Assembly: GCA_002256025.1 (NCBI GenBank)
Contig: NKIB01014977.1
Location: 1 to 39,191, forward strand
Direction: 5' to 3'
Origin: Asterionella formosa
Lineage: Eukaryota
Length of the DNA stretch: 39,191 nucleotides
In this document: positions 1-12,987 of the stretch, piece by piece
Position numbering within the stretch: position 1 is the first letter of the stretch
Layout of the letters: each line of letters begins with the position of its first letter
Notes under the pieces: generated by a model
Seen by the model: the letters and a program-made list of their open reading frames with translations, nothing else
What the model was told of the DNA's origin: nothing
Database searches by the model: none
Translations under genes and position numbers: made by a program

Positions 1-989
1 CTTCCAGCCTTCAAATCGGAATAGCTCATAGATTCCATGGACTGTGCTGACTTGAAGGGGATACCATGCTGCCGCTCTCTCCCAGATTTATTTCTTCTAT
101 CATTCACCTTACTTGATTGGCTGATCAAACTGGGACTCACAAGGAGGTCATCCGACGATGAAATCTGTTTGAGTTTCTTCTCAACAGCAGCCTCCACTTT
201 GTCTGAGTCGATGGAAACTCCACTGTAAACACTTTCATTGTCATCAAATAATTTCTCCGATGTCATCGATTCGTTCTCGCCTTTTATTTCCAGCGCCGAG
301 AGATTGTCCAGTGAGGCTATGGTCGATCCATCATCAATATCCTGTTCCGTTAGCATGTTGGAGAGAGGAATCGTTGTCGTATTGACGGATGGAAGGGAGG
401 CCAAGTCCCCGAACGCACGATGTCCGAGTGTAGTAAGGGACGAAATCGACTCGCCGTCTTCAATCCCACCGAGGCTTTGATGCTCGTCCATCTCCACAGC
501 GGTGGCGACCTCATTGCCGTGATTAGTGCACCAATCATATCGGTTGTCCAGACAGCTGTTGGACTCTGCAATAGGGAAAAATATGCCGGCGCATAGCCAT
601 CCAGAACTTGTTGGCAGTTTGTCACCCGAAGGATCCTGTTTCTCAGGGGAGGACGGGTCTCGACAGGTTTCGGGGCTGGAAGCGAGCTCGCAGTTAATTT
701 CACGATTATCGTTTTCATCGTCCGACGACGGTACTGGGGACGAAAGGACGTCAGTCAAGAAAGGAATAGGAGCCTTGGCATCACGGACCAGAGTTGGCTG
801 TGTGGGAGAAACCCTCATTCTAATGCCTGACGCGGCTTCTATTGTTATTTTTTCCATCCTATCGTCTCTCGCGATCGTTCTTATATGTGTATAAGTGACT
901 TTCCATTCACTTTCGAACAATATCTGCTGCTCCCGAAACTTGTAAAGATAGACTTGGCTGTGTAGCTTGATATGCCTACCGGTAATCAT
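1..989 (-). CDS. Hypothetical S/D/E-rich protein, 3' end runs off the window
   Basis: Manual translation gives an open minus-strand frame from ATG 989 (MITGRHIKLH...; alternative ATG 857 MEKITIEAASG...) to the window edge (...QSMESMSYSDLKAG). It is absent from the ORF track because it has no stop in the window. The + strand ORFs here look like antisense shadows. Confidence 0.7.
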   Translation of the reverse strand, partial: MITGRHIKLHSQVYLYKFREQQILFESEWKVTYTHIRTIARDDRMEKITIEAASGIRMRVSPTQPTLVRDAKAPIPFLTDVLSSPVPSSDDENDNREINCELASSPETCRDPSSPEKQDPSGDKLPTSSGWLCAGIFFPIAESNSCLDNRYDWCTNHGNEVATAVEMDEHQSLGGIEDGESISSLTTLGHRAFGDLASLPSVNTTTIPLSNMLTEQDIDDGSTIASLDNLSALEIKGENESMTSEKLFDDNESVYSGVSIDSDKVEAAVEKKLKQISSSDDLLVSPSLISQSSKVNDRRNKSGRERQHGIPFKSAQSMESMSYSDLKAG

Positions 990-1066
990 TCAAGAAATAG
1001 GGTACCAGGTACCCTGGTACCTGCCGGTGCTTCAGTTACCGGTACCCTGGCACCCCAGGTACCGGT
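978..1066. repeat. GGTACC/CCWGG/ACCGGT palindrome-rich array
   Basis: ggtaccaggtaccctggtacctgccggt...ttaccggtaccctgg...ccaggtaccggta. Confidence 0.8.
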
Positions 1067-4000
1067 ATACTCCTAATACTGTTGCTACATGAGCGCTTTC
1101 ATTGATACAACGGTGTATGAAGATAAACATACCGAATCATCCCGATAATAAAGCCGGCTAACAGAAGAAAGGAGCGAAATTTAGCGAGTATATAGTTCTT
1201 CATGTTCATTTATATAAGAATTTCCCGTTAGTCGGAGTAGTCGAAGTCCCATAGTGCCGGCCTGCACGTAGATGATGGGGTGGCAGTTGGGAGGAAGCAA
1301 CGATGACTATGAAACCAGTAAGAAACTGCCATGACCCATCAATGTAGAGTATTTCTGCCCTGCCTACCTGGTACCAGCACCAGTTGAGGGGCGTTCCTAT
1401 CTTATCATTTTGGATTGGGTATCATCATATTTGAAAAAGTATCATGCAACGGCTAGGCACTTTAAACTGAAAAAATTCATTCTCAACATCAAATAAAAAT
1501 CTCACTCAAAAGCATCACGAGTATTCAACGGTTGCAGGCTAGCTACAAACATGTGCTTTTCCTTCCAGACTATCACGTACCGGTATTGTGAAAATTATCC
1601 AGCACTCTAACCATGATTTAGGAAATCTATTGTCAATACGTCAATGCTGGTACCATAGTAGGTACCTACTACTGCTGGGATATAATGCACCACAGAAACA
1701 CAACTGATATTTCAAAGCCAAAGATGGAAAAGGCTACCCTATGATTCTTAAAATAACAACCCAATCACACAATAGTATACCCCAGACAGTGCCATATTAA
1801 TGCCAAATGCCAGAGGAACAAGCCATTGGATGGTAGACTAATAGGAACCATGAACACTTCACAGCTGCCACATGAAGTGATGAGCAATGCATTAGAGTTG
1901 TTTGGAGCTTTATGATTGCTGAAGATGATTGCTGCAGCAGATCTGTGCCAATTTGTGACACATGGGAATAATCACCTGTTGACCATAATTGTGGGCCGCG
2001 AATTGAAACAAGGGGAGCAGCAGAGCAATAATGCAGCATACCTCTGATAAATTCATTCAATGGTGAATGTCAACAGTATCAGGCAGTATGTTGGAAGATG
2101 CACATGTCCAATACATATGTATGTGCCAGTACTTGAATATAGGGATTTGTGACAGACAGCATACTGCTACCAGCAGTATGCAGACCCAACAAGGAATGCA
2201 ATAAATTTGTAGAGCACACATTATTAGATCGGAAAAAAATTGGTAACTATATTTCTCTGTGTCCTGCGGAATATGCTGTTGTCATGATATGTTCAGCGCT
2301 TCTTTATATTTTGCTTATTACTTTATATGGAATCTATATTCATAGTCTATCGGTATACTGGCTGGTCCTTTAATCTAGCTGTATCACTCAATCTTTTCAA
2401 TTGTCAACTCTGTTGGTTTTGATTTTGTGGCATGTGCAGCTTTTGCTGCACGCTGCCGCCATAATGATTTGAATGGTGCTGCTTTGATCCACACTCCATA
2501 AGATGTTTTCTCTGTGTCACTTAAAATTTTTGCTCTGCAAAATGGAACTGACAGTTGCAAAGCGCAACCTAATTACCAAAATGACTGAATATGGCTCCTT
2601 GCAAAATTCGAACATAACAGCCAGCTTCATCAATGTAGCTCTGAACCTACTGGACAAACGGTTCTAAAATAAGATATTCCAGCGTGCCTGTAATCCTGTT
2701 TCTCGACCCGTCAATCCTGGCACATCCGGAGTAAATCAGAGATTTACTTCGATTTCTGTTGTTGGACTGATTTTTTGGATGGCTTTTAGTTGTCCTGATT
2801 TTTCGACATCACAAGTGATTCTCTCTCAAGGATTCTCCATCAGTAGTAGGACCATCAAAATTTTAAAAATTGTGGGACAATGTGACGTGTTCTGAATGTA
2901 AAGTTTGTTCCTGCATTCAACAAAAATCCAAAGAGTCATAAAAGTAGCTAGTAGTGGCTTGGTGAAGTTTTGTTAACCACCACTCCATGCTTTGCTGATG
3001 GTACCACCCTTAAAAATCGTTTTTCACTTTAGCTTCTTTTGATCCAGGTTGAGTACATGATTTTTGATTAAAAAATGTAAGAAAAAGTATTATTTTGCTT
3101 GATAAACCCTACCCACTTAATACTATAGGGTTTTGGGGCTTTGCAACAACTTTGAGCTATTCTAGCCTAGTAATCTTCAATTAACGGCAAGTTTCTGTCG
3201 TTTCTTTGAAACGAACAATATGACGCCAGAAGCGCGCTTAAGTTCATTATACATACATAGAGAACTTCATGACAATTGAAATCCTCTTTACCAGGTAGAT
3301 TTAATGCCAATTTTATTCCTTCTGTTTTGCTGGACCTGATTAAACAGCTATCATACATATGTATGGCTGGATTCATGCTCAGGGTACCCGAGGTAGCCCT
3401 TGTAGGCACTGTAAAATAATTATATAGCTGCAAAAATGCTATTCTTTTGTATATAAAGCACTACTAGAGTGTAGTTGTTGTTGTGAGCGGCTAGAGCCTT
3501 GACCATAATGAAAACTGCGGTTTGCTATCTCCATGAAAAGTGAGAACGGCGTTTTCCTATTTGGTGCAAATATCAATCACGACATGTGAAATAGGCTACA
3601 ACCATGAGGGATGATTGAAATAACACCAATAATGACAATGAAAATTGAGTTGCCAATGGCGTATTTTTCATGTAATCTAGAGAGCGATGCATAATTCAAG
3701 CAAAAATGTTACAAAAAGATTGGACACTTTCACAGTTAGGAGCTGTACAATAAATAAGGCTACGACTAAATCAATAGCATGAATAATCAAGGCATAAGAT
3801 GTGAAATAAGTTATTTCTCAACTGAGAGTTGACTGATTGCGAATTGGTAATTTGGGTAGTTGTGGAAGCTGACAAATGATGATGACTAAATAAGATGACA
3901 ACTAATACAGAACATTTGTATAGAGGTAATGATATGCATATCAGCTAATATAGCTAATGATGGTCCTGCCTATTTACTGCAACCATTACTAGGTACCTTT

Positions 4001-4767
4001 CAGGGTGAGGATAACTTTGGCCCTCGTAGCATTAAGAGGACTCAAACTTCTGGAACTATTCCAATTTTGGTTTGCCTTTTATGAAATAGAGGGCATCATA
4101 AATTTACTCCCCATGTTCCTGGATTAGTAGAAGAACTCGAAAATGTGTAACCAAAAAAGAAACTACAATTTACAAACCTACCTCTCCTTTACAAAATGAC
4201 CATGTTGGTCCAAATGCCTGAGACAATGACAAAAACAGGTTCAACAAGCAAGGCTGATGATTTATAACCAAAATGGCAAAAACAGCAACATTCGAAATCT
4301 CGGGATGATAATGAATTCCCAGTGCAAAAATATGCAGGCTTTTGCAACTATACTATATGCATTTTCATTTTGCTCGATTTCATATTGGCCTTTTCAGTTG
4401 TGGCTGAAGGAGATTTGTTGTAACTATAATGTGGGTCAATATTTTGCCCTTGCCAGAAGTGATCATGCTGCAGTACACTTCAGAGTAATTACTATTCTGG
4501 CATGCTGATCTGGATTTAATATCCCTCGTTCCTGTCGGTAGTCATGGTTCGAAAGAAAGGCATACAGATACAGGTTCTGTCGTAGATGGCAATATATTCC
4601 TGAGGACCACCTTTACACAGATAATTCAAACGAGTCCTAGCAAACCTGACAACCAATGCATTATGGCACTGAGATCAGAAGGCATTTTTTGGAAATGAAA
4701 ACTAGAAACTACCCCAAACACGACAGGTGGCCCTTATTCATATTCCATTTTGTTTCTAAATTATTGC

Positions 4768-5175
4768 TTACGCATCGTCCTCGGCCCGAAGCTTGGCGTT
4801 TCCGTTGGTAACACGAACCGCTAGCTGCTCAGCTCTCTCAACGATTTGTCTGCGGACTCTGGAGGAAACACTCTTCGCTACAGTGGCGGCATAGGTTCGG
4901 TTGTGCATCATTAGCATCTCCAACTCTGAAGCATTGTTGATCACAACTGTCTTGAAACCGTGAGGGTGGATGTTTCGTGTGCGCTTGTCGGAACCGAATC
5001 CGATGCTGGGCATAGGAATTGCGCCCTTGAAACGACGACGGACACGTCCATCAATACCCTTTGGCTTTCTCCAAGATGAACGCTGGATGCGCATAAAGAT
5101 GTCACTCTGATGGCGAGCGAACTTCTTCGTGCGCTTCTTCACAATAGTGCGCTTGACGATGGGAGTGACAGCCAT
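4768..5175 (-). CDS. RPL32: 60S ribosomal protein L32 (eL32)
   Basis: 135 aa with [40 protein letters not shown] and [14 protein letters not shown], all canonical eL32 motifs. Confidence 0.98.
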   Translation of the reverse strand: MAVTPIVKRTIVKKRTKKFARHQSDIFMRIQRSSWRKPKGIDGRVRRRFKGAIPMPSIGFGSDKRTRNIHPHGFKTVVINNASELEMLMMHNRTYAATVAKSVSSRVRRQIVERAEQLAVRVTNGNAKLRAEDDA

Positions 5176-5185
5176 GTTTGTCGTT

Positions 5186-5215
5186 CTGATGGATTTCGAG
5201 AAAGTGAAACGTTAG
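5186..5215 (-). other. Putative 3' end of a 5'-UTR intron of RPL32
   Basis: On the minus strand: CTAAC branch point (5211-5215), a pyrimidine tract, and a CAG acceptor 10 nt before the ATG. The donor site was not located with confidence. Confidence 0.55.
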
Positions 5216-5650
5216 AAATTGGAATTAAAAGTAGAGCGTTGCGGGCAGTGACATTGTAACGGTGCTCATATCCCAGTCGCCATGTCGGAAACATCGCGGC
5301 TGTTTTGATGCAGCAGTATCAGGCAGAAGACCAAATCACCAACTGTTGCTGCTGACGTGAATCAGTACGGAAATTCGGAACTTGGAATAGAGTGGTCCTT
5401 GGAAAAGAAACAACATCTCCTCGAGCATCATGGTCAACACACCTTTCTTGCGTTTCGATGAGAAAAAAGGACCTTGCACGGCATATAATCTACAAGCAAG
5501 ATTACCGGTAGTTGACAATGTTGAGTAAGAGGTAACTTTCTGTACAGTAGTCGGATGTGTCATGATGTTCAGGGCAGGCTCCATCCAGCCAACGATGAAT
5601 AACGCACCACGGCGAGAATCTTATATGTATGGTCTGAACAAATGATCATC

Positions 5651-6066
5651 GGTACCTGTTATGTAGCTGGTACCTGGTACCAGGTACTAATCCATTTATT
5701 ACATACATGTACATAAAATGTACCTAGTACCAGGTACCGCTCAGGGCGTGGTATGCCTGCTATGTACACTCTGGTATTGTACAGGGGTACATGCCATGTC
5801 CAATACACAATGGTACCAGGTACCTGGTACCTGGAAGCAGGGTACGGTAGACTACCTGGTAACAGGTACCGGTACCAGGAGCCGGAAGTAGAGTCAGGGC
5901 ACCTGGTACAAGGTACCAAAGCAAGTTGCGGTCATTTTGCTTAAAACTAACATTTTAATCTGGGATAAAAAAAGCTAAATCTTTAGTTTCACCAAAACTA
6001 CCTTAACTTGCCAAATATGTCACCAATACCAAACCGGAACCGGAACCGGTACCCATACCTGGTACG
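5651..6066. repeat. GGTACC/CCWGG palindrome-rich array upstream of RPL32
   Basis: More than ten GGTAC/GTACC units, e.g. ggtaccaggtacctggtacctgg at ~5812-5834, plus accggaaccggaaccggtacc near 6034. Confidence 0.85.
5921..6011 (+). mobile_element. ~91 bp MITE-like element (family D), copy 1
   Basis: Ends GCAAGTTGCGGT...ACCTTAACTTGC. Reverse-complement match to 15147-15238 and direct match to 15354-15443. Confidence 0.75.
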
Positions 6067-7508
6067 TAAAGGCAGACATTTCACATTTTTCTCCACCAGG
6101 CGACGGCAGACAAACACTGCATCTCTATAAAAATGTCAAATAGTTAAATTATTTGCAAGTCAACTCCTAACAGGTGTGACTAATGCTCCTTACTTTGTGG
6201 CGTCACACCAGATCTCTGACATAAACGCATCTGGACAGTGGACTGCTTTGATGGTTAAGGCATTATGGCAATATGGGCTAGGCAGACTCTTGGACAAATT
6301 GCATTGACACACAAATGGAAGAATGACCGACAGCCAACTCATCGTGAAAAGCAAATGATGTTGATCAAAGTAATAGACCATATCAATATTTGCACATGGC
6401 CAGTTCCATGTTCGCCATGTTGACCAGCACTTCTTCACTCTCACCAAAAGCCGCTGCAGAACACAAACATAAGAACAAAATTTTTGCTTTGATGCTCAAC
6501 AAAATTCTTCTACGCTTTCAAATGTATGTTTGCGTGCTGCCTTGAAAATTACGTGTTGCGATAGATGTTGGTCTATTGCCGCAACCAATTCGACGATAAT
6601 AGTGCATACCTGCTTCCGACGCCATTGTCTTGCTTTAAAACTTCTTAGAGTAAGTAAATGCGCTGGCCTTCACATCCTATGATACGTCAGGCGAATTCGA
6701 CAGACTAATAAGTGGATATCTGTTCGTGTTGGTGGGAAATTGCTAGCCAAAGTTGTGGACAACATCTTTGAATTTCAAAAACCTGAGTAGCCATTTCATT
6801 GCCTATAGGGAGGTTGTATCTGGGAAAATTTCATAAAATGCTTTTGAAATAGCAGAGTTTAGCAAGCAAGTTCAAGTGAAGCAAGCGAGATTTGGTCAAA
6901 AATTATTTGTGACACATGCGCTTGTTTCCCTTCATGTCTTTTGAATGGTTATTGGGTACACATTCTACTAGTCAATGACTCGGCAAAAGAAACTTATCAC
7001 CTGATACAGCGTGGCACATCGAGTATGAAGATGGCAGATATGACCTGTTCAAATCTGTTGTCGAGTTGGCTCTTGAGTGTGTCATTGCCGTTGACTTCCA
7101 GAGACAGCTATTATTCCTGTCGCTGATATTTTCACGTCATGCCTTTAAGTAGCTATGTAGTATCACCGTTTTAGTGATTCAACACGATATTCCACATGTC
7201 ATATCAGAGTCTTTTTGTTTGTGAAACGCTCATGTGACTTCTACAGAAACTGAAATGGGTTTTCACCCAATCCCGACAAGTTTTAAGCATTTTAGTCAAC
7301 CCTCAACAGGAGAACAATCACTAAATGAAGAAATAACTTTCATTATGATTCACGTTTGTTGGGAGTTTGAGACTATCTAGTGTTCATCTATTATAATGCA
7401 GCTTTTCGTGCCTAGCAATATCTTATCGGTGTAGATGGCTTTGCGCAAAGGGTAGTAGCTGAATGCTGTGAATACTTAAAGATTTTCCCTTTGATATCAT
7501 GAGATTAT

Positions 7509-8102
7509 CTAGGCCGAGCTAGGTATAACTCGCGAACACGATGGCTTGCTGATCGAAAATGCTTTTTCTTGGGCTGCATACTTTGGTTTGTCCAGTATCG
7601 TCTTGTCAACAAATGCGTCATTGCTGCGCTTGATGATACTCTCGTTGTTTTTATCATACATTACTTCCTGTTCGTCAAAAGTGCCAATTTGCGTGGCCTT
7701 TTTCACGCAGTAGTATGTGACACTTGAGGATGCAAATCTAAGACACTCTGGACTTCTTACACCAGTCACTTTTTGGCGTTGTTGCTCCTTCAGGACGACG
7801 TGGCGAGTATTTTCGACGTTGCGCCTGAATCGTGCAGAGCCATTTCGTGTTCTTCTTTCGAGACCTCTGGAGCACACTTGATCCTTATTAAGCTTAGTAC
7901 ATTCCTCCGTTGCGGCAGTGATTATCTGAGCGATCTCGAGTAACTCCATTTTCATTTCAGTATATTCCGATGGAGAGTACCAAATGCGGATCTTTTCAAC
8001 AGGAGTTAGGTCATTCAGGTGGGTCGTACATTTTACCTTGACGCGCTCGCTGAAACTGACGGACTTCGTTGCATTTTGGGGTTCGCTACAAATTCGCTTC
8101 AT
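7509..8102 (-). CDS. Hypothetical protein of the diatom-expanded KSVSF...WYS..EY...RGLE type
   Basis: 197 aa ORF with KSVSFSERVKV (RVxF-like), IWYSPSEY, CSRGLERRT and VLKEQQRQ motifs, a pattern I recognise from diatom hypothetical proteins. Confidence 0.8.
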   Translation of the reverse strand: MKRICSEPQNATKSVSFSERVKVKCTTHLNDLTPVEKIRIWYSPSEYTEMKMELLEIAQIITAATEECTKLNKDQVCSRGLERRTRNGSARFRRNVENTRHVVLKEQQRQKVTGVRSPECLRFASSSVTYYCVKKATQIGTFDEQEVMYDKNNESIIKRSNDAFVDKTILDKPKYAAQEKAFSISKPSCSRVIPSSA

Positions 8103-9568
8103 CTTGAGACGAAATATTGTGAGATAATTTGGGCCAAGAATTTGTAAATGTGTGTCCTATAAACGAGCATAACAATAGGAGGTCCTGTTGAAGTTCAAGT
8201 TATCAAATACTCCGGAGTATTTTTCAACGCTAAGCAGCTTTCCGAAGTGTAACATTTCATACATACTTCCAAAGATAAAATGACCGCTTCTCCGATGTAT
8301 AGTTATACCTTCAATACCATCTGTTCTGAACAATCCCATTGTCATTTGTACCTTTCGATTATCCGTTATATGATTATGCATACGGTGGATTGTGACTACC
8401 GGTAAGTCATATGCGTATGCTGGTACAGAGTAAATCATACATACCGGCACTTTTTTAATGAAGCATAGACGACAGTATGTAGCTATAACAACGCCGGGAA
8501 TGGATATCATGTACCGGTACATAGGTATTATATAGGTATTCACTTTTTATTCGACCGAGAATGCTACCCGTAGTGGAAGCTAGTGCAATATGGAATTCAG
8601 TTGGAGTACAGCACCTCACATACCACAGCACAATGGAGTGGTGGCAAAGATGTTTTCATGTGATGCTAAGCATGCGCTGGCAATGATGATATCTGCTGCA
8701 AGGACCAAAGAGATGCAAGCTAAATTATGGGCTGAAGCGACAAAAACATCAGCAATACTAGGAAATTCCCTTCCAAATGATGATGCTGTGGAAACTGGTG
8801 AGCAAGCTGAGAGACCACAGCACAATTTGACAAGGTTGAAAAATTAAATGAAACGGCTGCGAATTTAAGTGCCAATCACGATTGAAGATGATGAAATTAG
8901 AATAAGAACATGCAGTAAGACAGATCAAGTGGCATTAAATGCAACACTAGTGTCAGATCCTGGAGAACCCAATACATTTCGGAAATCCATGGATGATAAA
9001 AACAGTGGCAAGTGGGAACCATCATCAGCAAGAGCAGAAATCAAAACCTTCTTAACAAGAGATGCATGGCATGAGTTTCCAAGAGAAAATTTGAAGGACT
9101 GTAAACCCATACCCGTGAAATGGATATTCAAGGTGAAGGATGAACAAGATGTTTCTAAAAGGTTCAAGAGCAGGATTGTGCTGAAGGCGTCTGCAAATAA
9201 AAATATGATACTTATAAGATCAGGGGTATCATACGATAACTGGCACAGAATTTTTCTGTACATGATACATGATATTTCGTTATATGTCTGTACATGATAC
9301 ATGATATTTCGTTATATGTATGATAAATGCATACTATGAAAGTGAACAGGCTAAGCTTACTCATAATAATCAACCCACCATATAATTATCAAAACCTCAT
9401 TCTATGATGTACATTCTTTTATCATATATATATCCTTATGTGATGGTAACTCTAATCGAAATAGCTGTTAAAAATAGGTTGAAATAGATTGTAATTTTAC
9501 TGTTAAATCATTTTTATGTTTCTACATTTGGTGCGGTTAAGCAGCCAATGTTCCCTTTTTCTACAGTC

Positions 9569-9800
9569 TTAATGCTCTTGATGTATGCCTCCCACTTCCC
9601 TTCAATGCTTGTAAAGATGCATGCCTCCCCCGCCTCCCTTCAATGCTCTTGATACATGCCTCCCGATTTCCTTCAATGCTTTTGAGGATGCCTGTCTCTC
9701 CCCCGCTTCCCTGCAATGCTCTTGAGGATGGATTGCCTCCCCCCTGCCTCCAGCCTTCAAAGCTCTTGATGCATGCCTCCCGCCTCCCGCCTCCCTTCCA
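9569..9800. repeat. ~35 bp imperfect minisatellite, about 6-7 units
   Basis: Repeats of cttcaatgctcttgatgcatgcctcccccgcctcc with variants. Confidence 0.85.
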
Positions 9801-10933
9801 CTTTGATTCTGAAACTCATCTGACTACTTGCTGCAAATCCTATTACCTTTTGATCCGATTCTGTTGTATCCATTTTGATTTCCTTATCATAATAACAATG
9901 AGAAGGAATTACTCGCTCGTTAGCCATGTTTTGCTTATATCTCAACACTGCAGTCCCATTTTAGCATGCTCCACTTACCAGAAATCGATGAACTTATCGC
10001 ATAATTCAGTAAAATAATGTGTCAGTCGATGATCACATAAGTACAAATAAATAAACCGCTTACCAAAGGCATTTATAACTTGCAACAAAACTCTTTGATT
10101 AAAATTATCCTGAAAGATTGAAAAACAAACATGTGTCAGCAGTGATGTTCTAACAGTGGTTCATTGATCCAACAAGATCATAAACAATCTTTTTGTCAAC
10201 ATCGGTGGGATTCTGCTGAATGCAAAATTTGCTTTTGAATTGCTAGGGAGGGAAGCAATCATTTAGTCTTTGTGAACCCAATGATTGATCACTTTGGTAT
10301 GTACTCTTGACATACCAAAGCTAGATTCAGCTCAAGTTTCCATTTTCAATCTTTCTAAGCCGCAAGTTTTATCATCTTTGTGTGCGTCGAAGCGTCGTTC
10401 TTTCAGTTTTCCTTGTCACTGGGCAGAGATTATCTTTCATTTCAGGATCATGTGTTACCAATATGAATAACAAGGAACCTCTAAACATGATTTCAAATGT
10501 ATATATAGGCTATGTATATATTTATAAAATTTTGAAAACATATAAATATATGCACATAATGTGTATACTATCATCAAATAAGCTTATACATAATTCAAAT
10601 ATATGCAATACATGAGGGTATCATTATTTTCCACAACCTGATGTACTGTTTTTGAATTTTCCGGATCAATTCTTGTACCTACAACTAAGTAATTTAATCA
10701 AGCACCTCAATTAGCGGGAGTCATATGACATTTTTCATATGGTGCAAATCATAAAATGTTTAGAGGAATCGCTCAAATCTACCTTTATGAATTATAGATA
10801 ATACGTCCTGGTTAGAAATGATTGCCAATGAATAAGATCACAGATAACAATTTCTAGCTTTTTTGATCTTACTTTTAACATGAATATATCTTACTGCTAA
10901 AAATTTACAGATCATACTTTGATAAGATACGAT

Positions 10934-11628
10934 TGCTGAAGACAATACACGCCCGAGGTGGTCTCATGCCTGCGAGTACACATGTGTTCGAGGCTAGGTG
11001 GCGCGAGAAGGTTGACCATACAAGTGGCGTGCAAGAAGATCACCCTCCGAGTGCCATCCCAGCCGAGTACACATGTATATGAGAAGGCAAGTAGCCGCCG
11101 AGAAGGGTATTGTTGAGGCGATTCCCGCTCTAGCTATCGTCGCGTCATTCGCTTACCTACTGCCCACAAATAAAGCATAAATGTCAATTTTAGCATACTA
11201 TTGCCCATCATACAAAGTTATTTCGTTTATTTCCTATCTTCACCTCGAAAATTGTCTAAGGTTCGATATTGCCCATCATTAAAATATATTTTGAATATTT
11301 CATATGTTCGCATTTTGGCAAGACAACAGACGCCAATTGCCCCTCGGTTTTCCAGCCCTGGGATTGCCGAAATTTGCAAGGGGTCTACTTAAGGAAAGCA
11401 CTTTATATACTCTACAGATTTTAATAATTTATATCTAGAACTCACCTCGGTTTTTTCTTCTCCTGAAAAGTGGACTGAGGCAATTCATTTTTCACCATGC
11501 CAATCGTTGTCCATCATGACCGGTTTGAAGCGAAATCAGTTCAGTGATGATGCCAGTAGCGATTCGTTGTCAAACGGATGCGGTTGGTTGTTGTATTGCA
11601 TGTCTTCTCAAGGGATTCATGTAGTCGC
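10934..11628. mobile_element. Family B hairpin-ended element, copy 1 (truncated, nested in family A copy 1)
   Basis: Starts TGCTGAAGACAATACACGCCCGAGG and is collinear with 29539-30155 and 35466-36140 until ~11628. The right terminus is absent. Confidence 0.9.
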
Positions 11629-12987
11629 TTTGTTTAATGCAACACAAATGATTCAAATTCAGATTGAGCGGTTGTTGATGTTTGCAGCCAGTGATGGTAT
11701 ACATACAAAAAATGTATCGATATATGTACTTACAATATTCTCTATGATAATAAATATTATTCATATAAGATGATAAATCGAATTTATATGATCATATGAT
11801 CGCCATTATAAGATGCATCATACGAATTAGATGTTTTCTATTTGCAGACGGGGCTATGTGATGGTCCAAGGAGTGGACTACACAGAGTCTTTTTCACCGG
11901 TCACAACAGACACAACAATCTGGACAGCAATTGCTATGGCTGTATATCTCCAGAATGAAGAATGGACAATTGAGATGATAGACAATGAAGCAGCATTCTT
12001 AAAAGCAGAACTTGAATCAGACAGGCCAGTGTATGCAGAATGGCCAGAAGGCATGTTGGAACTCGGATTTATAACAGAAGAAGAAAAGAAGGAATTTTGC
12101 ATCAAGCTGACAAGAGCCATGCATGGTGGAGTCGATGTCCCAAGTCTTTTTATGAAGACACTGTGCAAATACTTAACAAAAGAAATGAAGATGATTCAGA
12201 GCTTGGTGGATCCATGTTTGTATTACTGAAAGAGTAAAGTGGATGAAGTCATTCTGATGGCTGTGGTACATGTTGATGACGTTTAATTGATTGGAACAAG
12301 AAAGACAACAATTGAAAAGTTCAAGTTGCAATTGCAGAAGAGGCTTAATATTTCGGATTTGGGAAGATTGAAGAAGCATCTTGGCATATGGTAAGAACGG
12401 AGTACTGATAAAAATGGTGAAATCTTCATTGTGTCTAGTATGACAAAGTTGGAGGATGAAATAAGTCATTCGAAAATATAATTCGGAAGAATGTTAAGGC
12501 AACAGATACACCAGAATATCCAAACAAGTTCCTCAGGAAGAATCAAGAAGAACTATTAAAATTGACGGAATATCGTTTTTATGGTTGGAAAAGTAATGTA
12601 TTTGATGACAAAGTTGGCACCAGATTTGGCAAACCCTCCGCAAGAGTTGGCAGAACATCTGTCAAACCCACCAGGCAAGGAGCACTGGAAAGCACTTGAA
12701 GGACAAATCGTTGGACACATTAAAGAAAGATACTATGATGGGTTGACATGATATTAGAGCCCAAAGGAGCTGAGGCCTATATCATTTATGGACTCAGACT
12801 ATGCAAAGCATTTTGATGTCAGGGCACATTTCAGCCGAGAACTTGAAGATCAAGGATATTTGATGGTATAGTTTGTATGATTGGACGAGAATTCAGCTGA
12901 CATAATAAGCAAGAACTTTCCAGAGAAGTTGCACACAAAGCACACTGCAAGGATAAGGAATGGGAATCTTGAATGTTGGAGGGAGGA

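Larger units (their letters stand above)
9188..11850. mobile_element. Non-autonomous TIR DNA transposon (family A, copy 1) with 2-bp TSD GG
   Basis: CGTCTGCAAATA at 9188 and TATTTGCAGACG ending at 11850. Removing the element and one GG restores the copia RT frame ctg aag ggc tat gtg (LKGYV). Confidence 0.92.

Noticed and set aside
37..894. Plus-strand ORFs 37-228, 238-480, 526-894 and minus ORF 350-718
   Set aside because: These are shadows of the long minus-strand frame 989 to <1.
1100..4700. Probable old TE debris (CpG-poor, short ORFs, ACCACCCTTAA at ~3003)
   Set aside because: No paired termini, second copy or protein motif could be established by eye.
5659..5944. ORFs rich in VPGT/WYQ/YLVP
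   Set aside because: They are translations of the GGTACC array, not real proteins.
9569..9800. CRISPR-like periodic repeat
   Set aside because: Units are contiguous and degenerate with no unique spacers, no cas genes are present, and the context is eukaryotic.
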